Counted from the stretch's first letter, positions 1-8,211 are shown. The stretch is 24,000 nucleotides of DNA from an uncultured beta proteobacterium (GCA_963804885.1 CAWDSF010000018.1:218717-242716); one strand, 5' to 3'. Numbers and translations are program-made. The notes: generated from the letters alone by a model not told the origin.

Positions 1-1
1 C

Positions 2-511
2 AGCTCCGGGGGCGGCTATACGACCGAGCTGCTGGCGCGCGCGGTGGGCCCGACCGGACGCGTGTATGCGCACAACTTAAAACCGCGGCTCGAAGAGCGC
101 ATGAAAAAGCCGGCGATGAAGAATGTCGTCGAAGTCGTTGGGCCGTTCGAAAATCCGTTTCCGCCCGAGGTGCGCAACCTCGATCTCGTGACGTTCAATT
201 TCAATTACCACGATACGACTTACATGGGAGTCGATCGGGCCAAAATGAACAGCGCCGTGTTCGCCGCGTTGAAGCCGGGCGGACACTACATCGTCGCCGA
301 TCACTCCGCGCTGCCCGGCGCCGGCGTCGGCGTGGGGAAATCATTGCACCGCATCGAAGAGAGCGCGGTGCGCAGCGAAGTCGAGGCGGCCGGCTTCAGG
401 CTGGTCGGCGAAGGAGGCTTTCTGCGCAACCCGGGCGACCCCCGCACTGCGCCAGTTACTAATCCCGCGCAGCCGAATGACGAATTCGTGCTGAAGTTCG
501 TGAAACCGTAG
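2..511 (+). CDS. class I SAM-dependent methyltransferase, 5'-truncated by the window edge
   Basis: The frame of the 44..511 ORF is open back to nt 2 and reads SSGGGYTTELLARAVGPTGRVYA. This is the glycine-rich motif I of Rossmann-fold MTases, so the gene starts upstream of the window. Later motif LKPGGHYIVADH. Stop at 509-511. From memory it resembles the COG4798-type 'predicted methyltransferase' family. Confidence 0.75.
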   Translation, partial: SSGGGYTTELLARAVGPTGRVYAHNLKPRLEERMKKPAMKNVVEVVGPFENPFPPEVRNLDLVTFNFNYHDTTYMGVDRAKMNSAVFAALKPGGHYIVADHSALPGAGVGVGKSLHRIEESAVRSEVEAAGFRLVGEGGFLRNPGDPRTAPVTNPAQPNDEFVLKFVKP

Positions 512-532
512 CATCCAATCCCGGAGGAAACC

Positions 533-1372
533 ATGCAACACCTGATGCGGAATATCGTGGGCACGCTGGCCGTGCTGGCGCTGGTCGCCGGCTGTGCAAC
601 GCCGCCGGAGCGCAGTGCGGGCAAGGCTGGCAGCATCGAAATATGGTGGCTCGGCCAGTCGGCCATGCGCATCACGACGGTAAGCGGCAAGGTCATCATG
701 CTTGACCCGTGGATCCTCGGCAATCCGAAGATACCGCCTCAGTTCAAGAATCTCGACGCGCTCGGCAAGCTGGACCTGATACTCGTCACGCATGCGCATG
801 GCGACCATCTCGGCGACGCGGTGGCGCTGGCGAAGAAGAACAATGTCCCGATGTGGGCACCGGCCGGCCTTAACCAGCAATTGCAGACGCTTGGCGAGTT
901 GCCGGCCGAACTGTCGCCGCGCATGAACAAGGGCGGCACCATACAGCCGTTTCCGGGCGTAAAAATCACCCAGGTGCACGCCGAGCACAGCTCGGAAATT
1001 CTGTGGACCGACCCGGCGACGAAGAAGCAGCACACACTGTTCGGCGGCGAGCCGGTCGGCTTCATCATCGAGCTCGAAAACGGCTTCAGGATCTATCACA
1101 TGGGCGACACCGGGCTGTTCGGCGACATGAAATTGATCGGCGACTATTACAAGCCCGATCTCATCATGGTGCCGATCGGCGGGCATTACGTGATGAACCC
1201 GTGGGACGCCGCGAAGGCCACCAAGGAATTCCTGCAGCCGAAGTATGCGATTCCGATGCACTACGCGAGCAATCCATTTCTGGTCGGTACGCCGCAGGAG
1301 TACATGGACGCGCTGGGCAATTATCCGGTCAAGGTCTATCCGATCAATCCCGGCGACAAATTGCGGTTCTGA
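533..1372 (+). CDS. MBL-fold metal-dependent hydrolase (UPF0173-like), predicted lipoprotein
   Basis: HxHxDH metal motif (LVTHAHGDHLGD), plus later HMGDTG and PIGGHY typical of the beta-lactamase-fold UPF0173 family. The N-terminus LAVLALVAGC|ATPP fits a lipobox. GGAGGA SD lies 8 nt upstream of the ATG. 21-nt gap to the upstream gene. Confidence 0.8.
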   Translation: MQHLMRNIVGTLAVLALVAGCATPPERSAGKAGSIEIWWLGQSAMRITTVSGKVIMLDPWILGNPKIPPQFKNLDALGKLDLILVTHAHGDHLGDAVALAKKNNVPMWAPAGLNQQLQTLGELPAELSPRMNKGGTIQPFPGVKITQVHAEHSSEILWTDPATKKQHTLFGGEPVGFIIELENGFRIYHMGDTGLFGDMKLIGDYYKPDLIMVPIGGHYVMNPWDAAKATKEFLQPKYAIPMHYASNPFLVGTPQEYMDALGNYPVKVYPINPGDKLRF

Positions 1373-1415
1373 TCCATGACGGATTCACTGATCACAAAGT
1401 AACCAAGGCAAACGA

Positions 1416-2285
1416 ATGAAAAGCAGCATCGCGTTCAAGGCAGCGCTGTTGTGCGCTGCCATCATAGGCACGGCCGCGCGCGCGGCGGACGACAATCTGA
1501 AAACCGGCGGGCCTTACGTGCCGACTCCGCAATCGGTGGTCGACAGTATGTTGCGCATGGCCGCCGTCAACGAAAAAGACTACGTGATTGACCTCGGGTC
1601 GGGAGACGGCGTGATCGTGCTGACCGCGGCGCGCCAGTTCAAGGCGAGCGGCATGGGCGTTGATATCGACGCGGATCTCGTCAAGCTGTCCAATGCGAGC
1701 GCGCAAAAATTCGGCGTCGCCTCGCGCGTCCGGTTCGTGCAGGAGGACGTGTTCAAGGCCGATTTGTCCAAGGCCTCGGTGCTGACGCTGTATCTGTTGC
1801 CGTCGATGATGATGAATTTGCGCACCAAGATATTCAACGAGCTGAAACCCGGCACGCGCGTGGTTTCACATGACTATCATTTCGGCGACTGGTCGGCCGA
1901 CGATTCAATCAGCTTCGAGGTTCCGGAAAAGGAGAGCGTAACCGGGGTGCCAAAGGCAACGGTATTGTTGTGGTTCGTGCCGGCGCGGGTCGCCGGCACT
2001 TGGGAAGTCAAAACGGCGGCGGGCGATACATATCAAGTGGCGCTGAACCAGCGGTTCCAGGTTATTGACGGAACGGCAAGCGCAGGCGGCAGGCCGGTCA
2101 AGGCGCAGAACCTGACTTTGCGCGGTAACGACATCTCGTTCGCATTGCCCGACGCCAAGGGTCAGGCACGCTTTACCGGGCGTATCAACGGCGATGCGAT
2201 GGAAGGGTCGTTAGAAGCGCCCGGCAAGGCCGCGCAGCGCTGGACCGCGATGCGCACGGCCGCAGGGAAAGTCGTTATCGAGTAG
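1416..2285 (+). CDS. signal-peptide aKMT/FAM173-like 7-beta-strand methyltransferase with conserved C-terminal domain (paralogue 1)
   Basis: N-terminus MKSSIAFKAALLCAAIIGTAARA|ADD looks like a Sec signal. Core motifs are PYVPTPQSVVDSML, DLGSGDG, GVDID, LYLLPSMMMNLR and LKPGTRVVSHDY. The C-terminal WFVPARVAGTWEV...FQVIDG...LRGNDISF...FTGRINGDAMEG is shared with the five genes at 17077-21552. Confidence 0.8.
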   Translation: MKSSIAFKAALLCAAIIGTAARAADDNLKTGGPYVPTPQSVVDSMLRMAAVNEKDYVIDLGSGDGVIVLTAARQFKASGMGVDIDADLVKLSNASAQKFGVASRVRFVQEDVFKADLSKASVLTLYLLPSMMMNLRTKIFNELKPGTRVVSHDYHFGDWSADDSISFEVPEKESVTGVPKATVLLWFVPARVAGTWEVKTAAGDTYQVALNQRFQVIDGTASAGGRPVKAQNLTLRGNDISFALPDAKGQARFTGRINGDAMEGSLEAPGKAAQRWTAMRTAAGKVVIE

Positions 2286-2287
2286 TC

Positions 2288-2303
2288 AACGCGCGCGTTT
2301 TCA
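2288..2303. terminator. possible weak bidirectional terminator between convergent genes
   Basis: Perfect 12-bp GC-rich palindrome AACGCGCGCGTT (2288-2299) runs into a T tract (TTTT through 2301). It starts 3 nt after the stop of the 1416..2285 gene and faces the 3' end of the minus-strand gene. The stem is short and the loop minimal, so confidence is low. Confidence 0.3.
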
Positions 2304-2331
2304 GCACCATCCGTCGCGACCTGCCAATCAG

Positions 2332-2874
2332 CTATAACGGGCGTTTAGGCCTTGGAGGCCCGCCGCCCCGAGCGGGATTGGATATCGAAGATACGATATT
2401 GGCGAGCCGCGGGTCGATGACCGATTTCTGCTGGACAGTGAGTGTTCCATACAATGTTTTGGCGGCTGATGCTATGTCTTCGAGCGCGGTCAGACGGTTG
2501 CGTGCGATGTCAACGGTATGATCGATCTGCTGGATTGAGCTCAATGTAGCGTCGCCCGGCAAGCGGCGCGTCTGCTCCCGACCGATGTCGGCGGCATATG
2601 CGATGATCTTCTCCTCGCACGCCTGCCATGCCGCCCGTTGATCGGCTCTCAGCTGCAGGTCTTCCTCCAGCATGCCCAAGCGATCTTCGATCTGTTCCGG
2701 CGAATTATCTTGAACCGGGGGACGTTGCTCGCGCTGCCCACCGTCGGGACGGCTGCGGCTGCCGCGCGCGCTGCCGCCCGGCGTTCCGCCGCCGAATTGC
2801 GCGAACGATTCGAGTGCTGCGGAAACCGCAAATAAGCCTGTGAGCAATGCGGCGGCTAGGGAAGTGCTTCGCAT
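2332..2874 (-). CDS. periplasmic Spy/CpxP/LTXXQ-like protein
   Basis: I chose the ATG at 2874 rather than the TTG at 2880 because a GGAGG SD lies 6 nt upstream on the minus strand. Signal peptide MRSTSLAAALLTGLFAVSAALESFA|QF. A G/R-rich low-complexity linker is followed by a helical region with LQLRADQRAAW and LTVQQKSV (LTXXQ-type motifs). Confidence 0.55.
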   Translation of the reverse strand: MRSTSLAAALLTGLFAVSAALESFAQFGGGTPGGSARGSRSRPDGGQREQRPPVQDNSPEQIEDRLGMLEEDLQLRADQRAAWQACEEKIIAYAADIGREQTRRLPGDATLSSIQQIDHTVDIARNRLTALEDIASAAKTLYGTLTVQQKSVIDPRLANIVSSISNPARGGGPPRPKRPL

Positions 2875-2960
2875 GGACAACCTCCTGCGTTAAAGCGTAT
2901 TGCTTTTTCGAGCATCGCGCCGTCGCTACCTTCGCAATTGACGGATATCGTGAACGCCAA

Positions 2961-2995
2961 TCTTTACGGCTTTTTTATATCCGCGTGACGATAAT
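2961..2995 (+). promoter_or_regulatory. putative OmpR/PhoB-family (KdpE-like) direct-repeat box plus -10 element upstream of the orphan kdpD-like gene
   Basis: TCTTTACGGCT (2961-2971) and TTTTTATATCC (2972-2982) are 11-bp-phased direct repeats. A 7-nt spacer precedes GATAAT (2990-2995). The geometry is the same as at 4000-4034, with 21/35 identical positions in an ungapped hand alignment. Confidence 0.4.
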
Positions 2996-3027
2996 GATGG
3001 CTGCTAATACAGGCGTCAAGGCAGAGG

Positions 3028-3882
3028 ATGAATTCCGTGATTGCCAGTCCGCAGAAACCGGAGATCGCGTCCGCGACCGATCTATCGCATGCGCTAAAAC
3101 GTCAATCCGCCGTCGCGCCGGTCTTCCGCAATTACGGTATCGCATTGCTGGCGTGCGGTTTGACAACCGTGATCGCCACGCCGCTGCTCGAGCATTTCAA
3201 TCTGCCGAACATCGTCATGCTGTTCCTGCTGACAGTGGTCGTGGTTTCGTTATGGCTGGGGCGCGGCCCGGCGGTACTGGCCTCGTTTGTCAGCGTTGGC
3301 TCGTTCGATTTCTTTTTCGTACCGCCGCGGTTTACGTTTACAGTCGACGACCCGCAGTACTTCGTGACGTTCGCGGTCATGCTCGTGGTCGCCCTGATCA
3401 TTAGTCACCTGACTGGCGGGCTCAAACGCCAAGCCGGCGCGGCCGCGGCGCGCGAGCGGCGCTCCCATGCGCTCTACGAAATGGCACGGGAGCTCGCCGG
3501 CGCACTGACGATGGCGCAGGTGGCGGAAATTTCCAGGCGCTTTCTGCGCGCCGCAATCGATTCGGAGGCAGTGTTCCTGCTGCCCGATCAAAGCGGCGCG
3601 CTGAAAGCTGTAGAAATCCGCGAGGGCTGGACGCAGGCCATTGCGCCGTTAATGGCGAAGCTTGCCTTTGAAAATGCGGCGTGCACGGATCTCGATGCGT
3701 CCCATCCGGTCGGTTACTTTCCACTCAAAGCGCCGACCAGCGTGCGTGGCGTAATGGCGGTGGCTTCTCCAACCGAAAGCGCGAAGCCGCTCTACGATCA
3801 TCATGAATTTCTTGAAACGGTCGCATCGCTGATCGCTATCGCGGTCGAGCGGTTGCATTTCGCCGAGCGAGCGCGGCTCTGA
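3028..3882 (+). CDS. orphan KdpD-like sensor core (4 TM DUF4118-type region plus GAF-like domain), with no N-terminal KdpD/Usp domain and no HisKA/ATPase transmitter
   Basis: Clear paralogy to the middle of the full KdpD in this window: GRGPAVLASFVSVGSFDFFFVPPRFTFTVDDPQYFVTFAVMLVVALIISHL versus GRGPSVLASLLSVAAFDFFFVPPRYSFAVTDVQYLVTFAVMLAVGLIVSTL. Downstream matches include VFLLPDQSG/VVLLPDHEG and GVMAV/GVLAL. It ends (ERLHFAERARL*) just before the point where KdpD continues into the H-box (SHDFRTPL). An alternative in-frame GTG start at 3037 has better SD spacing. Confidence 0.8.
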   Translation: MNSVIASPQKPEIASATDLSHALKRQSAVAPVFRNYGIALLACGLTTVIATPLLEHFNLPNIVMLFLLTVVVVSLWLGRGPAVLASFVSVGSFDFFFVPPRFTFTVDDPQYFVTFAVMLVVALIISHLTGGLKRQAGAAAARERRSHALYEMARELAGALTMAQVAEISRRFLRAAIDSEAVFLLPDQSGALKAVEIREGWTQAIAPLMAKLAFENAACTDLDASHPVGYFPLKAPTSVRGVMAVASPTESAKPLYDHHEFLETVASLIAIAVERLHFAERARL

Positions 3883-3999
3883 CTGCGGCGACAAAAGCCC
3901 CCGTACGTTGCTTGCGGTGCAGCCGGTTCGACTTCTTCAGTGGCGCGCCACTATGCCGCCGCCATGCGCTCCTCTTGAGCCAATTCAAGCTGTGCAATC

Positions 4000-4034
4000 T
4001 TTTTACGCGATTTTTATGCGCCTGCGCATATATT
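4000..4034 (+). promoter_or_regulatory. putative KdpE operator (11-bp direct repeats) plus -10 element of the kdp operon promoter
   Basis: TTTTTACGCGA (4000-4010) and TTTTTATGCGC (4011-4021) are followed by a 7-nt spacer and TATATT (4029-4034). From memory the half-sites resemble the E. coli KdpE site (T-rich TTTTTAYAC repeats phased by 11 bp). The box sits in place of a -35, as with PhoB pho boxes. Confidence 0.55.
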
Positions 4035-4076
4035 GATGCCTGTTGATTTCCAGGACTTCTCTCGGGAGAAAACGCA

Positions 4077-4169
4077 ATGGACATCCTTTATATCGGTTTG
4101 ATCGTCGGTTTCGTGGCCGCCAGCATCGGCCTTGCGTACTACTGCGAACGCCTGCGGAGGCCGCAATGA
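4077..4169 (+). CDS. unannotated 30-codon single-pass membrane micropeptide ORF, translationally coupled to kdpF
   Basis: Hand translation gives MDILYIGLIVGFVAASIGLAYYCERLRRPQ*. A GGGAGA SD (4064-4069) lies 7-8 nt upstream of the ATG. Its TGA (4167-4169) overlaps the kdpF ATG (4166-4168) as ATGA. It has a 20-residue hydrophobic core with a basic C-tail. It is too short for the ORF track. Confidence 0.45.
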   Translation: MDILYIGLIVGFVAASIGLAYYCERLRRPQ

Positions 4170-4255
4170 GCTGGATATACATCTTGAGCGGTGTTCTCGC
4201 CGCCGCGATCTTTGTTTACCTCGTGATTGCGCTGTTGTATCCGGAGAAATTCTGA
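4166..4255 (+). CDS. kdpF: K+-transporting ATPase subunit F
   Basis: 29 aa, MSWIYILSGVLAAAIFVYLVIALLYPEKF. Size, hydrophobicity and position immediately before kdpA are typical of KdpF. GGAGG SD lies 5 nt upstream. Its stop overlaps the kdpA ATG (TGATG). Confidence 0.8.
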   Translation: MSWIYILSGVLAAAIFVYLVIALLYPEKF

Positions 4256-6063
4256 TGAGCGCCAATGGCTATTTGCAGCTCGCGTTTTATCTCGTCGTCC
4301 TCATCGCGCTGGCGAAGCCGTTGGGCGCGTATATGGCGGCGGTCTATGAAGGCAACGCCGCGGTGCTGCGGTTCGGCGCCCCGTTCGAGCGCCTGATTTA
4401 TCGCTTGTGCGGCGTCGATTCGACGAAGGAAATGGCGTGGCTCCGCTATACCGTGGCGCTGCTGGTCTTCAACCTGCTGGGCGGACTTGTCGTCTACGCG
4501 CTGCAACGGCTGCAGGCGCAGTTGCCGTTCAACCCGGCCGGGCTCGGCGCGGTGTCGCCCGATTCGTCTTTCAATACCGCCATCAGCTTCATGACGAACA
4601 CCAACTGGCAGGGCTACGGCGGTGAGAGCACGATGAGCTATCTCACCCAGATGGCTGCATTGGCCGTGCAAAATTTCGTCTCGGCGGCAACCGGCATGGC
4701 GGTCGTCATCGCGCTGATCCGCGCGTTCGCGCGTCAAAGCGCGCAGACGGTCGGCAACTTCTGGGTCGATCTTACCCGCTCGACGCTTTACATTCTGTTG
4801 CCGTTGTCGTTCGTGCTCGCGCTCGTGCTGGCTTCGCAAGGCGTCGTGCAGACGTTCTCGGCATATCCGACCGTGCCGCTCGTCGAATCGGTCGAATACG
4901 ACAATCCGAAGCTCGATCCTGCCGGCCAGCCGCTCAAAGACGAGAAGGGAAATCCGGTTACCGAGAAGGCGACGCAAAAGGAACAGGTCATCGCGGTCGG
5001 ACCGGCGGCTTCGCAGATCGCCATCAAGCAGCTGGGCACGAATGGCGGCGGATTCTTTAATGCCAATTCGGCGCATCCGTTCGAAAATCCGACGCCACTA
5101 TCGAACTTTCTCGAGATGCTGGCGATTCTGCTGATTCCGGGCGCGCTGTGCTACACGTTCGGCAAGATGGTCGGTGACACCCGCCAGGGGTGGGCGATTC
5201 TGGCCACGATGACGCTGGTTTTCGCGGTCATGCTGGGTATTTGCGTGTGGGCGGAGCAGCAGGGCAATCCCGTCTTCACGCAGGCGGGTGCCGACCAGGC
5301 GACCACTGCGCTGCAATCGGGCGCCAATATGGAAGGCAAGGAAGTGCGTTTCGGCATCGCGAACTCGGCGCTGTGGGCGACCGCAACGACCGCCGCATCG
5401 AACGGCTCGGTCAATGCGATGCACGATTCGTTCACGCCGCTCGGCGGGCTCGTGCCGATGTGGATGATTCAGCTCGGCGAGGTCATTTTCGGCGGCGTCG
5501 GTTCGGGTCTTTACGGGATGCTCATGTTCGTGATCGTCGCGGTGTTCGTCGCGGGTCTCATGATCGGCCGTACGCCCGAGTACCTCGGCAAGAAAATCGA
5601 ATCGTTCGAGATCAAGATGGCGTCGATCGCGGTGCTCGTGCCGCTCTTCACCGCATTGATCGGTACCGGGATTGCAGTGATGGTCGATCCCGGCAAATCG
5701 AGCGTCGCCAACCCGGCCGCACACGGCTTCAGCGAAATCCTGTACGCGTTTTCGTCCGCCAGCGGCAACAACGGCAGCGCGTTCGCCGGCCTGTCGGCCA
5801 ACACGCCGTTCTACAACACCGCACTCGGCATCGTTATGTTCTTCGCGCGCTTCTGGATCATTGTCCCGGTGCTGGCGCTCGCCGGCTCGATCGTGACCAA
5901 GAAGAAAGTGCCGGCGGGTCCGGGCACGCTGCCGACGCACGATCTCTTGTTCGTGCTGTGGCTGGTGGGTGTCGTGATCGTGATCGGCGCACTCACGTTC
6001 TTCCCCGCGCTGGCGCTCGGCCCGATCGTCGAGCATCTGCAGCTTTATCATCCGGCGCCGTGA
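4255..6063 (+). CDS. kdpA: K+-transporting ATPase subunit A (potassium-binding channel-like subunit)
   Basis: Starts MSANGYLQLAFYLVVLIALAKPLGAYMAAVYEG. Contains TNTNWQGYGGE, LGTNGGGFFNANSAHPFENPT and ASNGSVNAMHDSFTP selectivity-filter-like segments typical of KdpA. 602 aa. The ORF-track start at 4132 is an upstream extension across kdpF. Confidence 0.95.
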   Translation: MSANGYLQLAFYLVVLIALAKPLGAYMAAVYEGNAAVLRFGAPFERLIYRLCGVDSTKEMAWLRYTVALLVFNLLGGLVVYALQRLQAQLPFNPAGLGAVSPDSSFNTAISFMTNTNWQGYGGESTMSYLTQMAALAVQNFVSAATGMAVVIALIRAFARQSAQTVGNFWVDLTRSTLYILLPLSFVLALVLASQGVVQTFSAYPTVPLVESVEYDNPKLDPAGQPLKDEKGNPVTEKATQKEQVIAVGPAASQIAIKQLGTNGGGFFNANSAHPFENPTPLSNFLEMLAILLIPGALCYTFGKMVGDTRQGWAILATMTLVFAVMLGICVWAEQQGNPVFTQAGADQATTALQSGANMEGKEVRFGIANSALWATATTAASNGSVNAMHDSFTPLGGLVPMWMIQLGEVIFGGVGSGLYGMLMFVIVAVFVAGLMIGRTPEYLGKKIESFEIKMASIAVLVPLFTALIGTGIAVMVDPGKSSVANPAAHGFSEILYAFSSASGNNGSAFAGLSANTPFYNTALGIVMFFARFWIIVPVLALAGSIVTKKKVPAGPGTLPTHDLLFVLWLVGVVIVIGALTFFPALALGPIVEHLQLYHPAP

Positions 6064-6108
6064 CCGGCCGCCATGCCCAATATCTGGAATAGCTGGAGTC
6101 CCCACAAT

Positions 6109-8211
6109 ATGAGTACATCCTACGTAGTGCCTGCACCGGTAATCGAGCACGCCGCGCCGCGCGCGCTCGTGACGCGCAGCATATTCAAGCAGGCGCTGGT
6201 CGATGCGTTCCTGAAGCTCGCACCGCAGCAGCAGTGGAAGAACCCGGTGATGTTCGTCGTCTATCTGGGCAGTTTCCTGACGACGATACTCTGGGTGCAG
6301 GCGTTGACCGGCCAGGGCGAAGCCTCGTCGGGTTTCATTCTCGCGGTCACCCTGTGGCTGTGGTTCACGGTGCTGTTCGCCAACTTCGCCGAAGCCATCG
6401 CGGAAGGGCGCAGCAAGGCGCAGGCTGATTCTTTGCGCGCGGCCAAGCGCGATACGACGGCTAAAAAGCTGGCGGCCGCCGACCGTCATGCCGCGGTGAC
6501 CAAAGTCAACGCGACGATGCTGCGCAAGGGCGATACCTATCTCGTCGAGCAGGGCGATTTCATCCCGGCCGACGGAGAAGTGATCGTCGGGGTCGCGTCC
6601 GTCGACGAGTCGGCGATCACCGGCGAGTCGGCCCCCGTCATTCGCGAAGCGGGCGGCGACTTTTCTTCGGTCACCGGCGGCACGCGCGTGCTGTCGGACT
6701 GGCTGGTCGTGCGGGTGACGACCAATCCGGGCGAATCGTTCCTCGATCGCATGATCTCGATGGTCGAAAGCGCGCGCCGGCAGAAGACGCCGAACGAAAT
6801 CGCGCTTACGATCCTGCTCGTCAAGCTGACGCTGGTGTTTCTGTTCGCCACCGTGACGCTGCTGCCGTTTTCGATTTACGGCGTCGAGGTGACGAAGTCG
6901 GGCAACCCGATCACGATCACCGTGCTTGTCGCATTGCTGGTCTGCCTGATTCCGACGACGATCGGCGGCTTGCTGTCGGCGATCGGACTTGCGGGCATCG
7001 GCCGGATGCTGCGAGCCAATGTGATTGCTACGTCGGGTCGCGCGGTGGAGGCGGCGGGCGACGTCGACGTGCTGCTGCTCGACAAAACCGGCACGATCAC
7101 GCTCGGCAACCGGCAGGCCTCCGCATTCCTGAGCGCTCACGGTGTGACCGAGCAGGAGCTCGCCGATGCGGCGCAGCTCTCGTCATTGCCGGATGGCACA
7201 CCCGAAGGCCGCTCGATCGTCGTGCTGGCGAAACAGAAATTCAACATGCGCGAACGCGACATCGTCGCGCTGGGCGCCACCTTCGTGCCGTTTTCCGCGC
7301 AGTCACGCATGAGCGGCGTGAATTTCCAGGGCCGCGAGATCCGCAAAGGCGCGGCCGACGCGATTCGCCAGTACGTAACGGCGATGGGCGCCAAGTTTCC
7401 CGATGAGGTCAGCGCGCTGGTCGACAGCGTCGCGCGCCGCGGCAGCACTCCGCTCGTGGTTGCGGAAGGCCCGCGCGTGCTTGGCGTAATCGAATTGAAG
7501 GACATCGTCAAAGGCGGCATCAAGGAGCGTTTCGCGGAATTGCGCCGCATGGGCATCCGCACCGTGATGATTACCGGCGACAACCGCCTCACCGCGGCGG
7601 CGATTGCAGCGGAGGCGGGAGTCGATGACTTTCTCGCGGAAGCCACGCCTGAAGCAAAGCTCAAATTGATCCGCGAAAGCCAGGCGCAGGGGCGGCTCGT
7701 CGCGATGACGGGCGACGGCACCAACGACGCGCCGGCGCTTGCGCAGGCCGACGTCGCGGTGGCCATGAATACCGGCACCCAGGCAGCCAAAGAAGCGGGC
7801 AACATGGTGGATCTCGATTCGAATCCGACCAAGCTGATCGAGATCGTCGAAACCGGCAAGCAATTGCTGATCACGCGCGGCTCGCTGACGACGTTCTCGA
7901 TCGCCAACGACGTCGCCAAGTACTTCGCGATCATTCCGGCCGCGTTTGCGACGACGTATCCGCAGCTCAACGCGCTGAACGTGATGCATCTTGCCACGCC
8001 GAACAGCGCGATCCTGGCGGCGGTGATTTTCAACGCGCTCATCATTCCGGCACTGATTCCGCTCGCGTTGCGCGGCGTCAAATATCGCGCGGTCGGCGCG
8101 GCGGTGCTGTTGCGCGACAACCTGCTCATCTACGGCCTTGGCGGCGTGATCGTGCCGTTCATCGGCATCAAGCTGATCGACATGCTGCTCGTCGTGCTGG
8201 GCTTGATCTGA
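6109..8211 (+). CDS. kdpB: K+-transporting P-type ATPase subunit B
   Basis: P-type ATPase motifs DKTGTIT (phosphorylation site), MITGDN and [19 protein letters not shown]. 700 aa from the ATG at 6109, which has GGAG 11 nt upstream. The ORF-track start at 6073 is a possible alternative. Confidence 0.95.
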   Translation: MSTSYVVPAPVIEHAAPRALVTRSIFKQALVDAFLKLAPQQQWKNPVMFVVYLGSFLTTILWVQALTGQGEASSGFILAVTLWLWFTVLFANFAEAIAEGRSKAQADSLRAAKRDTTAKKLAAADRHAAVTKVNATMLRKGDTYLVEQGDFIPADGEVIVGVASVDESAITGESAPVIREAGGDFSSVTGGTRVLSDWLVVRVTTNPGESFLDRMISMVESARRQKTPNEIALTILLVKLTLVFLFATVTLLPFSIYGVEVTKSGNPITITVLVALLVCLIPTTIGGLLSAIGLAGIGRMLRANVIATSGRAVEAAGDVDVLLLDKTGTITLGNRQASAFLSAHGVTEQELADAAQLSSLPDGTPEGRSIVVLAKQKFNMRERDIVALGATFVPFSAQSRMSGVNFQGREIRKGAADAIRQYVTAMGAKFPDEVSALVDSVARRGSTPLVVAEGPRVLGVIELKDIVKGGIKERFAELRRMGIRTVMITGDNRLTAAAIAAEAGVDDFLAEATPEAKLKLIRESQAQGRLVAMTGDGTNDAPALAQADVAVAMNTGTQAAKEAGNMVDLDSNPTKLIEIVETGKQLLITRGSLTTFSIANDVAKYFAIIPAAFATTYPQLNALNVMHLATPNSAILAAVIFNALIIPALIPLALRGVKYRAVGAAVLLRDNLLIYGLGGVIVPFIGIKLIDMLLVVLGLI

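Noticed and set aside
341-1261. 306-aa minus-strand ORF, with other overlapping alternative-frame ORFs in 1-2300
   Set aside because: It is antisense to the MTase and MBL hydrolase genes, which carry clear catalytic motifs. I treat it as a shadow ORF.
3939-3952. Perfect 14-bp palindrome AGTGGCGCGCCACT between the orphan kdpD-like gene and the kdp promoter
   Set aside because: It could be a terminator stem or an operator. It has no T tract, no second copy in the window and no recognisable family of sites. It is too little evidence to call a feature.
4132-4254. N-terminal extensions given by the ORF track for kdpA (4132), kdpB (6073), kdpD (8821), kdpE (11334) and paralogue 3 (17924)
   Set aside because: The extensions overlap upstream genes or lack an SD. 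Internal ATGs with SD sequences, or with ATGA/TGATG coupling, give N-termini that match the family. kdpB at 6073 remains a minor possibility.
5098-7140. 680-aa minus-strand ORF
   Set aside because: It is antisense to kdpA/kdpB. It is arginine-rich and low in complexity, with no motifs. I treat it as a shadow ORF.
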